Source: Sphagnum compactum (taxonomy: Eukaryota). From it: a stretch of DNA of 64,000 nucleotides. The stretch lies in assembly GCA_965153455.1 (NCBI GenBank), contig OZ234493.1, positions 20,326,213 to 20,390,212 of the forward strand, written 5' to 3'. The translations under genes were made by a program, and so were the position numbers. The notes under the pieces were generated by a model. It had not been told where the DNA came from. It saw only the letters and a program-made list of their open reading frames with translations, and ran no database searches. This document shows positions 26,144-38,269 of this stretch, piece by piece; the stretch's first letter is position 1; every line of letters starts with the position of its first letter.

Positions 26144-26422
26144 TCAACTCCTTAGAATTTTTTTAGTTTTAGTTGTAGAAGCATTCACATGTTTCATCAC
26201 ATTTTCATTTCGATGCCACCAATTATCCAATGCATCATAGAAGGGACATTCATGACAATCATTATCTGAAATTTCATTTACAATCTTGTCATCCTTGTAT
26301 TGTTTGTAAATTGCATTAAACTTCCGCTTATAAGCAATTGGAGTCTTTGAAAATCCAGGGATGGGAGCCAACATTTGGGTGTGGAGTTTCAACCATGTAT
26401 CCACCCTTAAAAAACAAACCAA
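26144..26422 (-). pseudogene. Harbinger Myb/SANT (trihelix-like) DNA-binding protein remnant
   Basis: W..L.......GFSKT...KRKFNAIYKQYKDDK...CPFYDALDNWW lies inside the TIRs, opposite the transposase. Confidence 0.65.
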
Positions 26423-28348
26423 TTGAGGTGAGAAGCCATGAAATACAAGCTGAAAACAATATTTGAAATTAAAAAATCAGATATGTAATACATGGATAAA
26501 GTAAATGGAAAGCATTTCAAAGTATTTGAAATAAAGATGGCTTGATGGTTAGCTCCTCTCCCTTCCCCCAAGGAGATGAAAGTTTAATCCCCGTAGTGGT
26601 TAAACTGAACAAGTGCAAATGAGGGGAAAGGGGGGCAAGGGCAAAAAGCAAAGGCCTTTAAAAGGCCTGATTTGAATATTATCTTTTGCAAAAATGTTTT
26701 TTTTACTTGCTACAAATTTTAGACCTCAAATCAAATTATGTTGACATGCACAACTAGGGTTTCAAAGTTGAAATTTTTTTTCAAGGACAAAGACAAAATT
26801 TACATTTTTTCTTACATTTTTGGCAAATTCAAGTTCCATTCTCCTTTTTAGAGCAATAAGGTGTAGTACTTCACCATCCACCCGATTTGTTTTTAGCTTT
26901 GTCACCTTTTTCATTTTCATCTTTCACCATAATTACTTTCATCCTTGGTGCTTTTTTTTTGGGAATGGAAACCGGTTTGAGGATCTCTTGCAAATCCAAA
27001 TCCCCTTCCACTTGTGAAAATTGGTGCTTCAACCTTCCATTTTCTACCACACCTTCCGATTCACCTCCATTTCATGCACTTGGAAAGGCGAAAAATGCAC
27101 TCCTTTTACAATCACCTTGTGAAAGTCCACAAAACCAGCCATGTCAACTTTAGAATTGGTTAAAAATGGGAAAGCTTGTGTGCTCTCAACAATGTCTTCA
27201 GTCCATAGCATTTTTTCCATTCTCACAAAATTTAAGCAACAAGGATAAAAGAAAATAATGAAAAAGAACAAAAAATGAAAAACGAGCAACCTTGGACCTT
27301 AGCTTACACTTTGGTTCTCCAAACCATGAGCTTTCCTTTACCCTTTTTTTTTTTTTTTTTTTGGTTTGGACCACTTGGTTTTCTATCCAAAATGATGCCA
27401 TGTAAGCTAAATCACAATTTGATTTGTCTTGGTCCGGGATCCTTGTCTAAAGGCCTTGGGACCAATTTAAAGCTCTTGACCAATAGGAATGTTCGATTTC
27501 ATTGAAGCCCACTCTTTGGACCCTTGTCTAAAGTGGCCTTTAGCCGCTATGGTACTATAACCATGGAATTGAAAACAACTAGAATTGGGTAGCCTCTTGT
27601 CCATACAAATTTGAAAATTTTCTCACCCTTGCCTACACAATACATATGTATCATACAATTTGTGATGATAACATAACATGATGCATGATGGCATAATGCA
27701 TCATGGATGATGTATTGACACAATGTACTTTGATACACAACAAAATAAAACAAAAATTATCACTACTACTACTATTCTCACTCATGTGCACATATTTTCG
27801 CACTGGGCAAGAAGACCTTTGACATAAAATAGGTACAAATATAAGCACTCGGTCAGCACCTGCCATCAAAACCTAAACAATCATTTTATGCTATACATGC
27901 CTCCAAATGCATTAAAATTTTATTTGCAATTGCTTTAGGATTCACATCACATCAGAGACTGTGAAGCGTTGGTTATGGAGAATGAAAGTCATCCGATGGA
28001 TGAAAGGCGTTCTCCTTCCCTGTTAGGTGCCAACTACTAAGCAAGACGCCTATGACCACTTACTCTGAAGTACGTTGGACGATGGATGAAGTGTGTTCTT
28101 CTTGTCAGGTAGGTAGGAACCAAAGAACCCTATCACCACTTTACCCTATCCACTTACTCTCTTTTGTTGCTACTTAAATGGAAGTAAAGTATGAACTTAA
28201 GGCTGGAATTCCTTCCCTGGAATGCGAAGAATTCTTCCACGGAAGAAGAGGAATAAGGGCTGCCACGATCAAGCAATCTCACGCTGTCTTGCTCCATTAG
28301 CTAAGCCGCCACAGGTAGCTAGCTGCACAGGGAGTGGGTATAGGCATT

Positions 28349-31300
28349 ATGGATTCATTGCTGTGGGTCTGTCCACAGGAGTGTGTTGCTGGTAACATTA
28401 GCAACAAGGGTGAGAGGGTTTTGAGAAATGGCGATCATGCGGCCGCTAGGTTTAGGTTGGGGAGTCAGTTTCTGGTCGGGGGAAGAGTCGGGAGTCGGAG
28501 TTTGTTTTCTCGACACTGTGGTTGTTGGGGATCATCATCATCATCATCATCACCTGGAATTCAGATTTGGCGAACGCAGAATGGTTCACGGCAAGCGGTT
28601 TCCATACGCGCAGGTGAGTTCTTGTCTTTTTTCTTCTGGCAACTTTATGCAAATGAGACTTGAAAGCCTCTCGTTTTCGAACTTGGTGTTTGTTCCCGGT
28701 ACCGCTATGACTGTTCATTTAGCTAGAATACGGTAATCAAGCTGTGGAAAACCCTAGTCTAGGGTTTTTGCTGCCCAGGTCACACAAAAGCTAGGAGGTT
28801 TTTGCTGGGAATAATTCCTGCTGCAGCTGGGTGAGGGGACACACGATCTCCTTCTTCTTATTGCTTCTGAACACCAGGCTGGGAAGATTTGAGGTATCAC
28901 ACCTCGTCAATTTGATTGTGTATGCAAACCTAAGCTCACGAGATTTGGGGCACCAGAAACCCTAAACCCTAATCTCTGTTGCTCTATTAGAGGCCTGTTT
29001 AGCTTTGTGATGTAAGTCGATTCGTCAGAGACCATGAGTGTTAGTATAGTTCCTTCACACTCCCATGATGTAGTCATGGTTGGCACATTTTTTTTGTGCG
29101 TTGCAATCTTTCAAGCTTCTAGGTTATTCTGTGTCGATGCAGTTCCAGGTCTTATATTCCTTAAGCACATGCAAAGTGAACTTGAAGATACACAATTTTT
29201 TCTTTGACAGTAATGTGACCATAGGTTAGCAGCAGTTTGGAGTTTCTGCAGCAACTTTGTGCTTCATCCTCTCCATGTTTTGACCCCAGGTCCTCAAATG
29301 GCACACCGGTCAAAGCGGCATACACACCGCCATGAGGGTCCAGGACACAGCAAGGATGATGCAGTGCAACGGAAGATGAAGGTATTCCATGAAGGACGTG
29401 ATGGTCCTCCTTTGCGAATCCTCCCCATTGGAGGCCTAGGAGAAATAGGCATGAATTGCATGCTTGTTGGTAACTATGACCGCTATATTATGATCGATGC
29501 AGGTCTCATGTTCCCTGAGTAAGTCTTACAGTCTTAGCTCTCATGGCTCTCATGGTTTTTTCTTGCCTTTAGGACTGACTGCTTGTAAATACTGCACTTC
29601 TATTGACTATATGTCCCTATGGCATTCTTACAGTTTGGTTGTGCTTTACAGCTATGATGATCTTGGAATTCAGAAAGTTTTGCCAGATACTGGGTTTATT
29701 CGCCGATGGAGAGATAAGATTGAGGCTGTTATTATCACTCATGGCCATGAAGATCACATCGGTGCACTGCCTTGGGTAGTGCATTTCACTTTACTATGCA
29801 CTCACTGTTCTAGGGAAACCTATAGGTTTGTGGGTGCTTCCTTCCACTAAATAACCTTGAGTATTGTTTTTTTCAGCAGCTGTACGCGTGGATGTGGTTG
29901 AGTTTCTTTGACCTAACTTCTGCTTCATATAGGTCGTTCCAGCGCTTGACCCAAAGACTCCAATTTATGCCACAGGTTTCACCATGCAGGTATGGGGAAA
30001 CTAAGGTGTTTTGGTGTCTTTCTTGGTGATAGAGGATTGATCTTATTGTCAGCCTGCTTCTTTGTGGTAAATCAGCTACTATGGATTAATTTCTTGACCA
30101 TAAACCTCAGAGCTCAAATTCCTTGCTGTCAAATTTCTTGGGTATTGATGTACCTGGAGATTCTGATCTTCAACTTTCCAAAGGTGGTGGTTTCTGCCTT
30201 TTGTCAGGTTTGCTCATATGACTATTGCTGGATTGGCTTTGCAGCTTATAAAGAAACGACTGAAGGAGTTCAACATACCATCAGAGGGACGACTGCGTAC
30301 CTTCAGTATGCGTTCACGTTTTAATGCAGGCCCATTTGAGTTGGAGCCTATTCGGGTCACGCATTCCATACCTGACTGTTGTGGCCTTGTAATGAGATGT
30401 GCTGATGGGATCATCTTCCACACTGGTGACTGGAAGGTAGTGTCAGGGCAGCACCTTTATGTGTACTTTTTCTAATGTATCTTCCTTGGCAGGAATGCCT
30501 GGCTGTTGAATTTATAAAGTTCTAATGATGACTTAATATGTTTGCAAATAGCCCAAGTTGTTGATTGACAGACATAGATTCCTGCCACAAAGAAATTTGA
30601 GGATGTCAAACTTGAACACTCTGGAGCAGAGAGGGAAGTGTCTTATGCCTGCTTGAGCAGAGATATAATTATTCATGGTCTTCTTCACATGCCTTTGTGC
30701 AGATTGATGAGTCGCCTGTTGATGGAAATGTTTTTGACCGGATAGCACTGGAGCAGCTGCAAAAGGAGGGTGTCACACTGGTATTGCTTCCTCAATGATC
30801 CTGTGGTTCTTTAAGTTGTGGTCCCAAAAGGTGTACTTTGTGATTGATGTTCACACTTGCATGTAGTCCAGTGAACCTTGCTGACGGACTTAGGAAGCTG
30901 TGCTGTCATGAATTACTGACAGATTATTTGCTGTGCACATCTAAATGCTGCTTAACTCTCAACCCTTGAAGGTGTATGGCTATCTTGTGTCTGGCAGTGT
31001 CTCATGAGAGAATGCTGTTCACAGGCCAGAGATGGCAGCATTGAAGGGTTGAGATGTGTTCATGGATTTGGGAGGTTGGGTTGAACAGATGATGAGTGAT
31101 TCCACCAATGTATTATCACCAGGCAGGACAAAAAGTGAAGCTGATGTTGCAGAGGCTATGATGCGCAAAATCATGGCAGCAAAAGGTCGCCGTGTCATTA
31201 CAACCCAATTTGCATCTAATGTGCATCGCCTGGGATGCTTGAATGCAGCGGCTGAAGTTTCTGGCCGGAAATTGGTAACCTCCCCACAAGGATTTGTTCA

Positions 31301-34300
31301 GGTTGTCTGGTCTGTTCCTCGGATAGAAATCTCTGTGGAGCATTTACTGAACTGGTCATCTTTATTTGTTCTTGAAACAGGTTTTCATTGGATTATCATT
31401 GAGAACATACTTGGAGGCTGCTTGGAGAGATGGACAGGCGCCTTTTGATCCATCCATTCTGGTATGTAGTGCTCTCCTGATTCCAAGGATGACAGACATT
31501 AAGCATATGAAAATGTCATGCAGCCAGTACATGAGTTTTTGCAGTGTTGAAATTTGATGTCCAACTTCTGAGAAGTATAACTGTCTATTTTGAGAGGCAG
31601 GTAAAAGCAGAGGACATGGATGCTTATGCACCAAAAGACCTCTTGGTAGTGACCACTGGATCACAGGTATGCTATTGTGCAGTGGCAGATACATCTGCTG
31701 ATGGCAACGATACAATTCATTGAATCTCTTTGTGACATGTGCACACTGGCAGGACTCATGATAAACATAAATGTTGAACTTACTTTACCTGCATATATGG
31801 ATGCCACTTAGGTCTTTCTGTAATTTGTGAGTGCAAATAGCAACTAGCTAGCTCTTGATGTGCTTTGGCATGGCTTAGTTTAAGTAAAAGCCTGTAATAA
31901 AATAGATTTGGACAGGCAGAGCCACGGGCTGCACTTAATTTGGCATCATTGGGCACCAGTCGCTTGCTCAAGCTCCAGAAGGAGGATGTTGTTCTCTACT
32001 CTGCCAAGGTACAGCCATATTTCTCTCTGGTGTCTCTGGTCTCTTGTAATATCACTCTGGATGCCTTGGCACTGTGATTCTTTGCACTGTGATTTTGATT
32101 GATGAATGGCGGTCCAAGGTTTCTTTATGCTAGCATTATTATGGTCAGTTTGCTTTGGTCTCTGAGTCTTGAGGTATTTGCACAGATGATTCCTGGGAAT
32201 GAGACCCGGGTGGTGAAGATGATGAATCGCATAGCTGAGCTTGGGCCAACCATTACCATGGGCCGAGGGGACAACTTGCACACTTCTGGGCATGCATATC
32301 GGGGTGAGCTGGTAAGTTTAGCTATTCAAAGCATTTTGGGTCCCTCTGTCTCTGTGTGAAAGTGGCCTCTGGATCTTCCAAAAAAATTGCCCTTAGAACA
32401 AACAATGTTTTCACCACTTGGCTTGCATTGCTTTGTCTGCTCCAACATGCTACAAGTTAAACCAACCACTTGCAACACATTTCTTCTGTCAGAGAAGTGC
32501 ATACTGAGTCTGTTTGTCTGTGGTTCATCTGAAGGAGGAGGTTTTGAGACTGGTAAAACCACAGCATTTTCTTCCAGTGCACGGGGAGTTTGCTTTTCTC
32601 AAAGAACATGAGCTTCTTGGCAAAGCAAGTGGCATAAGACACACTGCAGTATGTTCTGGCATCTGTCAACCAATATTGTATATTTGTTGATAGCTTTTAG
32701 TGTCTATTGTAAGTAGCTTGAATGATTTTGCCCCTAGTTTTTTCCAATTTTAGAACTAGCAGATACATAACAGAGCTACTTGAAGCAGGTGATAAAAAAT
32801 GGGGAAATGTTGGGAGTGGCACCTTTGAGAAATGGACGGGTGCTTTCAAGTGGCTTCTCTCTCCTTGGACGCGAGAAAATGAAGGTTGTTATTGTTGACT
32901 CTCTGCAAGTTAAAACCAGGCACTTGGGTTTACAAGTTTGGTGTGAGAAAGAGGATGTAGCTTGCAGTAACCTACTGGGGAGAAACCTAAGCAAAATAAG
33001 ACATGTTATTTGGTTGCAACAGTATAATGCGTAACAACAGTCTTTTGGTCCACAGAATCTGAATTTGATGCAGGTACTGTTTAGTAGAAGCTGACAGCAT
33101 GTTTTGATAAGAAGGGACATGAGCTGTGTTAGGACTGTAGGAGAGAGGTGTAAACAGCTGGATGGCCATAAATCTTCACTAACCCAAAGTGTTGGGGATG
33201 GCACAGCTGATGTACAATGATGGGGACAGGGCATTTGGAACAGCAACAGACCTGTGCTTGCAAGAGCGTATGAAAATTGCTTTGGAAGGAATTGTTATTG
33301 CCAGGTATAGCTGACTAAAATTGATTGCATCATTTGGATACTGGAGTGTTGGGTACATCTGTCTTACTGTGAGAGTTGTCTGATCTTGTTGTCATCATAA
33401 TGCCCTTGTTCTACATAAAGAAAATGTGATATCTTTCCTTGTCCAGTGTGGAGGTAATGAGAGGTGATGAGTCACCTATGAGCAAAGATGAAGATGAGGA
33501 GGAGCTTCAGGAAGAACAAGATGAAGCTGATGAGTATGGCCTACAGGCACGGGTCCGAATCACAACCCGTTGTCTCTGGACAGATAATGGCAAACTTTTG
33601 GAAGCTTTACAGAAGGCAGCAGACTTGGCACTTGTGAGTTGCCCGAAAGGGGCCCGCCTTTCAACGGTGGAGCGTCATCTTGGTGCTGTCCTCCGCAAGG
33701 TGGTTCAAAAGTACAGTAACCGTCGGCCTGAAGTGATTGTGATTGCAACAGATTCTTCAGAGGCAGTTGGAGTCAACAAGCGCACTCCACAACGCCATCA
33801 AACTCCTCGTGATATATGGTCAGGGTTTTCAAATGACTCCAAAGTTGGTAGCATTGAAGGCCCTGCTCCTCGGGTTGAGGTAAGGCCTGCAGTGGAGACC
33901 ATTCCTTCAAGTGTAGAGTCTGCCTCACCTTCAGTTGTCAGGGAAATCCCTGCAGTGGATCCAATTGAGGATGGAGTACAGTTTGTCACAGCTCCAGCTG
34001 TTGAGGCGATATCTGCAGTGAAGAATGTGGCTGTCAAGGCAATATCTGCAGTGGAGAGTGTAGTCTCAAATGATGATGGTGTTGATGCAGCCTCACTTCA
34101 CCCTTCTCCCAAGTCTGTAGGTATACTTTCTTGCATATGGAGCTTCATGCCAAGTTGCAGAGCTGCTTGTTTTGCATTTTGGAACTGTGTGACTTTCCAC
34201 ACAAAGTTGAAAGATGTCTGTTCTGCTAACCAACTGTGACTGTGTGTGTCACCTTGCTACAAACTATTTTTTTAGTAGAACCCTTTCCAATACATCTGCC

Positions 34301-35648
34301 AGTTCTTATCTTTGGACCCAGAAGCTGAGAAGCTGCAGGCTCCCAGAACTTTGGATGACAGTTTATCTTGTGGCCCCCATTATAGCTTGGGTTGGCTAAT
34401 GCAGGTAGTGTCTAGCATAGCCTAGTGGTCAATTCAACCCATAACCACCCACAAGAGGATGGTGAATCCTACCCAGTAGGTTATTGGCTTGATGCTTTCA
34501 GAAAAACAAGATTCCTTAGCCAGAGCAAAGCTTTCTCAGAACCTTTGCATTTACCTTGTTTTGCATTTGGATGTTTTTGGGCAGAGGAGACGTTGTTTTG
34601 GACAAGTTTCAGCTGGTTCTAAAAGGAATGGCTTTCAGTGCTCCTGATGCTATAATGATGTTTTGAGGTTCGAAGGTGTTTAAACTGTGTGGGTTTGCTT
34701 GTGTTCACAGTAGTGAAGAATATTAAGGAGACAATGTTGGAATCCGATGACTTGGCCACTGGGGGAGCTCCACCAACTCCAACAACCAGGGAGGAAGCAG
34801 AGGAAGCTTCAATGACTGGAAAGAATCAAGAGGAGGCTCCATCTTCTCCAAAGAGACGGCAGAAGTGGAGGTATGACTGTTCACTCAATTGGCACCTAAT
34901 CTTCTCTGTATTGTAGCATAATCCGTTGACAATTGAAGACAATGCCAAGAAGCCTGATCAGGTTGATTTCTCCCACCACGAAGTCTTGTGAAGATGTTCA
35001 TTTACTGATATCTAAATCAGTGCATTCCCACTCTCACAAAATCTCAAGTCTGATCTTTGCAGATGTGTTCTAATATGCTCAATCTACTTTCTAATGTGTA
35101 GGTTGGATGAGACACACAAGCTCATAGAAGTAAGGAGTGTGATGGCCACCCAGTTGCGAAAGGATGGGTCCAAAAAGAAGCCTACCTGGAAAGATGTGGC
35201 AGTAACATTGGCAGGGCTTGGGTTTAACCGCTCACCTGAGCAATGCAGCTCAATGTGGTCGTCTCTTGTCAAAAAATATGAGGTACACCTTGACTCAGTC
35301 CCTTGGATGATAATTGTTGATGATTTTGATAGCCTGGGAAAACAGAGACTGAAAGCCATGAATTGTGAACCCCAACTCATACACCAGTCTTTCAGGCACA
35401 ACTTGTGCATGCCTTGAAATTGGTCATTATATAAAAAAAATTCATCTGAAGTCCTTAACACTGTGATTGTAGACCATGAGTTTTCTCACACTTGCTTGTA
35501 TGAACCTTTGATTTCCCAGGCTGTTGTAGAGGAGAGGAAGGCAGGAGCTCTGAAGGAATGGACTTATTTTGAAGCAATGAAAGCGGCCCTTTCAAAACAG
35601 GGTAAGAGCAAGAGCTCAAAATCACCAGTTGCTGCTTCTACTAGATAG
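28349..35648 (+). CDS. RNJ: Plastid ribonuclease J (metallo-beta-lactamase/beta-CASP) with a C-terminal GT-1 trihelix domain. 18 exons: 28349-28613, 29290-29518, 29652-29775, 29933-29989, 30245-30436, 30703-30780, 31089-31274, 31381-31461, 31601-31666, 31916-32008, 32186-32311, 32535-32648, 32789-32884, 33207-33304, 33447-34120, 34711-34870, 35102-35282, 35520-35648
   Basis: Motifs [64 protein letters not shown] and HTSGH. Trihelix KW..DET..LI...W..VA..L...[17 protein letters not shown]...WTYFEAM. The first exon resembles a transit peptide. GT-AG junctions keep the frame. Confidence 0.95.
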
Positions 35649-36851
35649 CATTCAAAAGCTTTTGCAAGCTAGCTGATTGTTGGGAATGACATAGTCTTTT
35701 GTCACATTCAGTTCCATTGTGTATGATTCTCAGGACCAGAAGCCCTTTCTTTGGCTTGCGAAGAATTTGTGTTCATGAAGTAAACCCACTTCATGGGCAG
35801 TTGAGAGTGTAACATTCTTTCTAACTCAAAAAACTCACAAAGCCTTCCAAAATGTTTGTGTTTGGATTCTTAAAGTAAAATACAAAAGTAGTTGGAACAT
35901 TATCTTCCAGTTGCCAAAAGATGCAAGGAACATGTTTCAAGGTCTGGTGAATTGTCATGATATAAACATGATAATAGCCATCTGGATTACATCTTCCTTC
36001 ATATTATGTGCTTCCTGTTCTTACTAAAAAAGAAATGATGAAACCTTGTCAGTCATAAATAAACCAAAGCACCCCAAAAAGGGGGAATACAAGGAACAAA
36101 ATGGAAGGATCCATGTTCAAGAAGATGAAAGAACCACCTAAGAGGGTGAACCACAAATGGAACATCGAGTTCCTGAACCCGCTCCTCTCGCAAGAAGCAT
36201 ATCAAATAAGGAGAGGGGAGGACCTCCTGAAAGGAGGCCTAGCTTAGAACCCTCACTTATTGCAGCAGCACGACTCAAAATAGAGACCACCTGTGCACAC
36301 TGTAACACCACTGAAACCCTCTGTCTAACAAAAATGCACAAAACTGACAGAGGAGGGACTTCAGATGTGACCCCTAATGAAAAAATGGAAACCATAATTT
36401 TCAAAATGTGGAATCAAAAAGATGTTAGGGTAGATCGACAGGCGACCAAACACTTAAGTGCTCGAGGCAGACCGGATCCAAGGGGAGGGCTCCGTTGTTT
36501 CTGGTGTCCAAACAAAACTTGAACCCCTTCTCTTGACCATCTTACTCATTAACAATTGTTGAAATTGAATTAGAAAAGAGAAAGTTATGGCCCCTGAAAG
36601 GAAAGGGGGTCAAAAAGTTTTGTCTACAAGGGTTGCAAATTGTCTTCCCAAATTTGATGGTATCCTTTTCTTCAGCCTTGGGGCCAACGCAAGTTCATAG
36701 TAACTTGGGGCAGATGGAAACGATTTTTTCTTTTTTGGCCTTGACTACTAGTGTAATTTAGCACTTGGGGCTGATTTCAACTTTTGCACCAATAGGAATG
36801 CGTGATCTGAGTTGAACATCGCCCTCGACTCCTATTCTAAAGTGGGCCTAA

Positions 36852-37168
36852 GAGCAGGTCCACAGGTGCTGGGTATATGGCCCTAGACAGTAAATTTTGA
36901 CTCAGCACAGTGGCTTTGGCCTGGACATTTTCCCTGGGAATACCAAGGCAGGCAAAAGGCTCAGCAAAGGACAATACGTGGTATTGATTGTTCAATAGAC
37001 TGTTAGACAGGTGGTTGGTCGAAGTAGGTTGCTAATAGCTATTATTGGTTACCGATCATTTGCATTCTCAGTTTGAGTGCGGGGTTGGGCGGAAAAAAAA
37101 ATAAAAAACACTAATCCTGGTTTTGGGAAATATTGTGTTCCATACTCAAAGCAACTGTGGAGCTGCTC
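36852..37168. mobile_element. Tourist-like MITE
   Basis: TIRs GAGCAGGTCCACAG and CTGTGGAGCTGCTC (1 mismatch) are flanked by TAA and TAG. The left TAA abuts the end of another Harbinger-type element (…AAAGTGGGCC). Confidence 0.55.
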
Positions 37169-38269
37169 TAGAGGATGATTTTGGTTACAACAAAAGATGT
37201 TTTGTCAAGTGATTTCACTAAATTTTGAATGAATTCACTAGTTTAAATAATTAGTTTAAAAATATCGAATTCACTGGTCTAATAAATGGGGAGTAAAGAA
37301 TTGCACCCGCATTTTCTAATGATTAGAAGCAAACCCAATGCCTTTGTAACTTGGTACCAATATAGATGCTGGTTTGGTCAAGGCTAATATTTATACCTGG
37401 TAAACCAGATACAAATATTATCAGTGTTTTTTCTTTTCTCTTTTTTTTTTCAATTTTGTGGTTTGTAAACTTTGTCAAAATTTTCCATTTATTGAGCATT
37501 TTTTTCTCAAACTCACACTATTACAACGAATTTTCCCAATTTCTTCAAATTTTCTTTGTAGTCACGGTGCGAAAATTCACCAAGAAAAATCACTCCTCTG
37601 TACAGAATTTCTTTTGTTTTTTAACTCCAGATTTATTTGTTATGACCGTCCATGTAAACTTTCCTTCTTCCCCCAGGCTGCTCCAATCGTAGCCACTGGC
37701 CAGGGCGAACCAGCACCTACACTGGCACACTCACCGTCTTGAGCAAGGCTTCTTATAGGCTGTGTTTGTCGATTCAGAGACTCTGATTTTGTCTAAGAGC
37801 ATCTCCATCCCAAAACTGTAAACAACTCCTTTATGTTAAAATATATTAGTGTTTAATGATCACTGTCCCCACCCACAAACGTCATAAAATTCCCTTTAAA
37901 CCCTCAAACACCATTTATGTCTGCGCGTATGCGAGTGTCTGAAGAGTCACGGCAAAACCCTTCTAGAAGTTTCTGGGCGAGGAGAAAATGAAGAAGAAGA
38001 AACATCTGCAAGAAAAGTCGAAAAGGAGTGAGAGAAGAGTGTGAGAATTCCAGGGAGATCGTGAAGAGGAAAGGGGTTGATGTTTTTTGGGGAGATCTAG
38101 TGGAAACATCAGCTTAGCTTGCGGGAATCTGTGATGTGTGAGGGACACCCATCATACCCTGTGTATGCTAATGGGATGGCAAAGGATTTGTAGCAGGTTT
38201 TATGGGACCAAAAGGTTAAGAGAAAAATATTTATGAGAGCAGTGAGCAAAAGGAAATTCAGTAGTGGGA

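Larger units (their letters stand above)
23537..27539 (+). mobile_element. Complete but decayed PIF/Harbinger DNA transposon (~4.0 kb)
   Basis: 21-bp TIRs GGGCCACTTTAGACAAGGGTC and GACCCTTGTCTAAAGTGGCCT are flanked by a TTA TSD (23534-23536, 27540-27542). It contains transposase and Myb-like remnants in convergent orientation. Confidence 0.9.

Noticed and set aside
28428-28736. Poly-His ORF ([12 protein letters not shown]) and antisense poly-Met ORF
   Set aside because: These are alternative frames of a (TCA)n microsatellite that encodes poly-Ser in the RNase J transit-peptide exon.
36157-36522. 121-aa ORF with a CxxC (CAHC) downstream of RNJ
   Set aside because: No recognisable domain and no second Cys pair in register; insufficient support.
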